Positions 63,510 to 64,000 of a stretch of DNA of 64,000 bases are shown here, in pieces (position 1 is the stretch's first letter; each line of letters begins with the position of its first letter). The DNA comes from Chiloscyllium plagiosum (taxonomy: Eukaryota). A program made the position numbers and the translations under genes. Where the stretch lies: the NCBI RefSeq assembly GCF_004010195.1, contig NC_057749.1, positions 24,822,979 to 24,886,978 of the forward strand, in the 5' to 3' direction. Below the pieces are notes generated by a model that saw only the letters and a program-made list of their open reading frames with translations, was not told the origin of the DNA and made no database searches.

Positions 63510-63860
63510 AGGAGGTGGCTCAGCGGTTAGCACTGGTACTTCACGGCACCAGAGACCCTGCTTCGATTCCAACCGAGGGGGCAACTGTCTGTGTGGAGTT
63601 TGCACATTCTCCCCGTGTCTGCATGGGTTTCCTCTGGGTGCTCCGGTTTCTTCCCACAATTCAAAGTTGTGCCGACTAGGTGAATTGGCCATGCTTAATT
63701 ACCCATAGTGTCCAGGGATGTGTAGGTTAGGTGCATTGGTCAGGGGAAATGTAGAGTGATAGGGTAGGGGGAATGGGTCTGGCTGGGATACCCTTCAGAG
63801 GGTCAGCGTGGACTTGTTGGCAAAGTGGCTTGTTTCCACACTGTAGGGATTCTATGATTC
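63510..63860 (+). mobile_element. HE1 SINE
   Basis: Head, core and tail. Confidence 0.9.
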
Positions 63861-64000
63861 TAAAACCACGTGGTAAATGGATCTGTGATGGAGTTTGCAC
63901 TTCACATACATCCTCAACTCAGCTTTTCAATACACCTGGCTATGCCCTGTCGTCTCACGGGGCTGAAATTGTATCCTCTTTCGCCTTCTCCTGGTTCAAT

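Overview
Eukaryotic, non-coding, repeat-dominated vertebrate DNA. The HE1-type SINE / HER1(CR1)-type LINE content points to an elasmobranch (shark) short-read scaffold, with three N-gaps at 10153-10700, 15419-15552 and 37425-38227. No intact, recognisable host protein-coding gene was found. The window holds one near-full-length but disabled CR1 LINE (~9.2-13.0 kb; ORF1 zinc finger/leucine zipper + SGNH esterase, ORF2 RT), many CR1 3' fragments, >20 HE1 SINEs, Penelope (GIY-YIG), Rex1/Babar and RTE remnants, solo LTRs, Tc1/mariner- and hAT-type MITEs, older Deu-type SINEs and several mini/microsatellites. Four things stand out. (1) Short, palindromic, Penelope-derived insertions carry minimal hammerhead-ribozyme cores and are flanked by 14-17 bp direct repeats. 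(2) Three RPS15 pseudogene fragments are each fused directly behind a CR1 3' tail at essentially the same junction. (3) An unidentified, coding-like sequence is present twice in inverted orientation. (4) Several local templated insertions/duplications are visible. All family assignments come from recognising motifs by eye; no database search was run.
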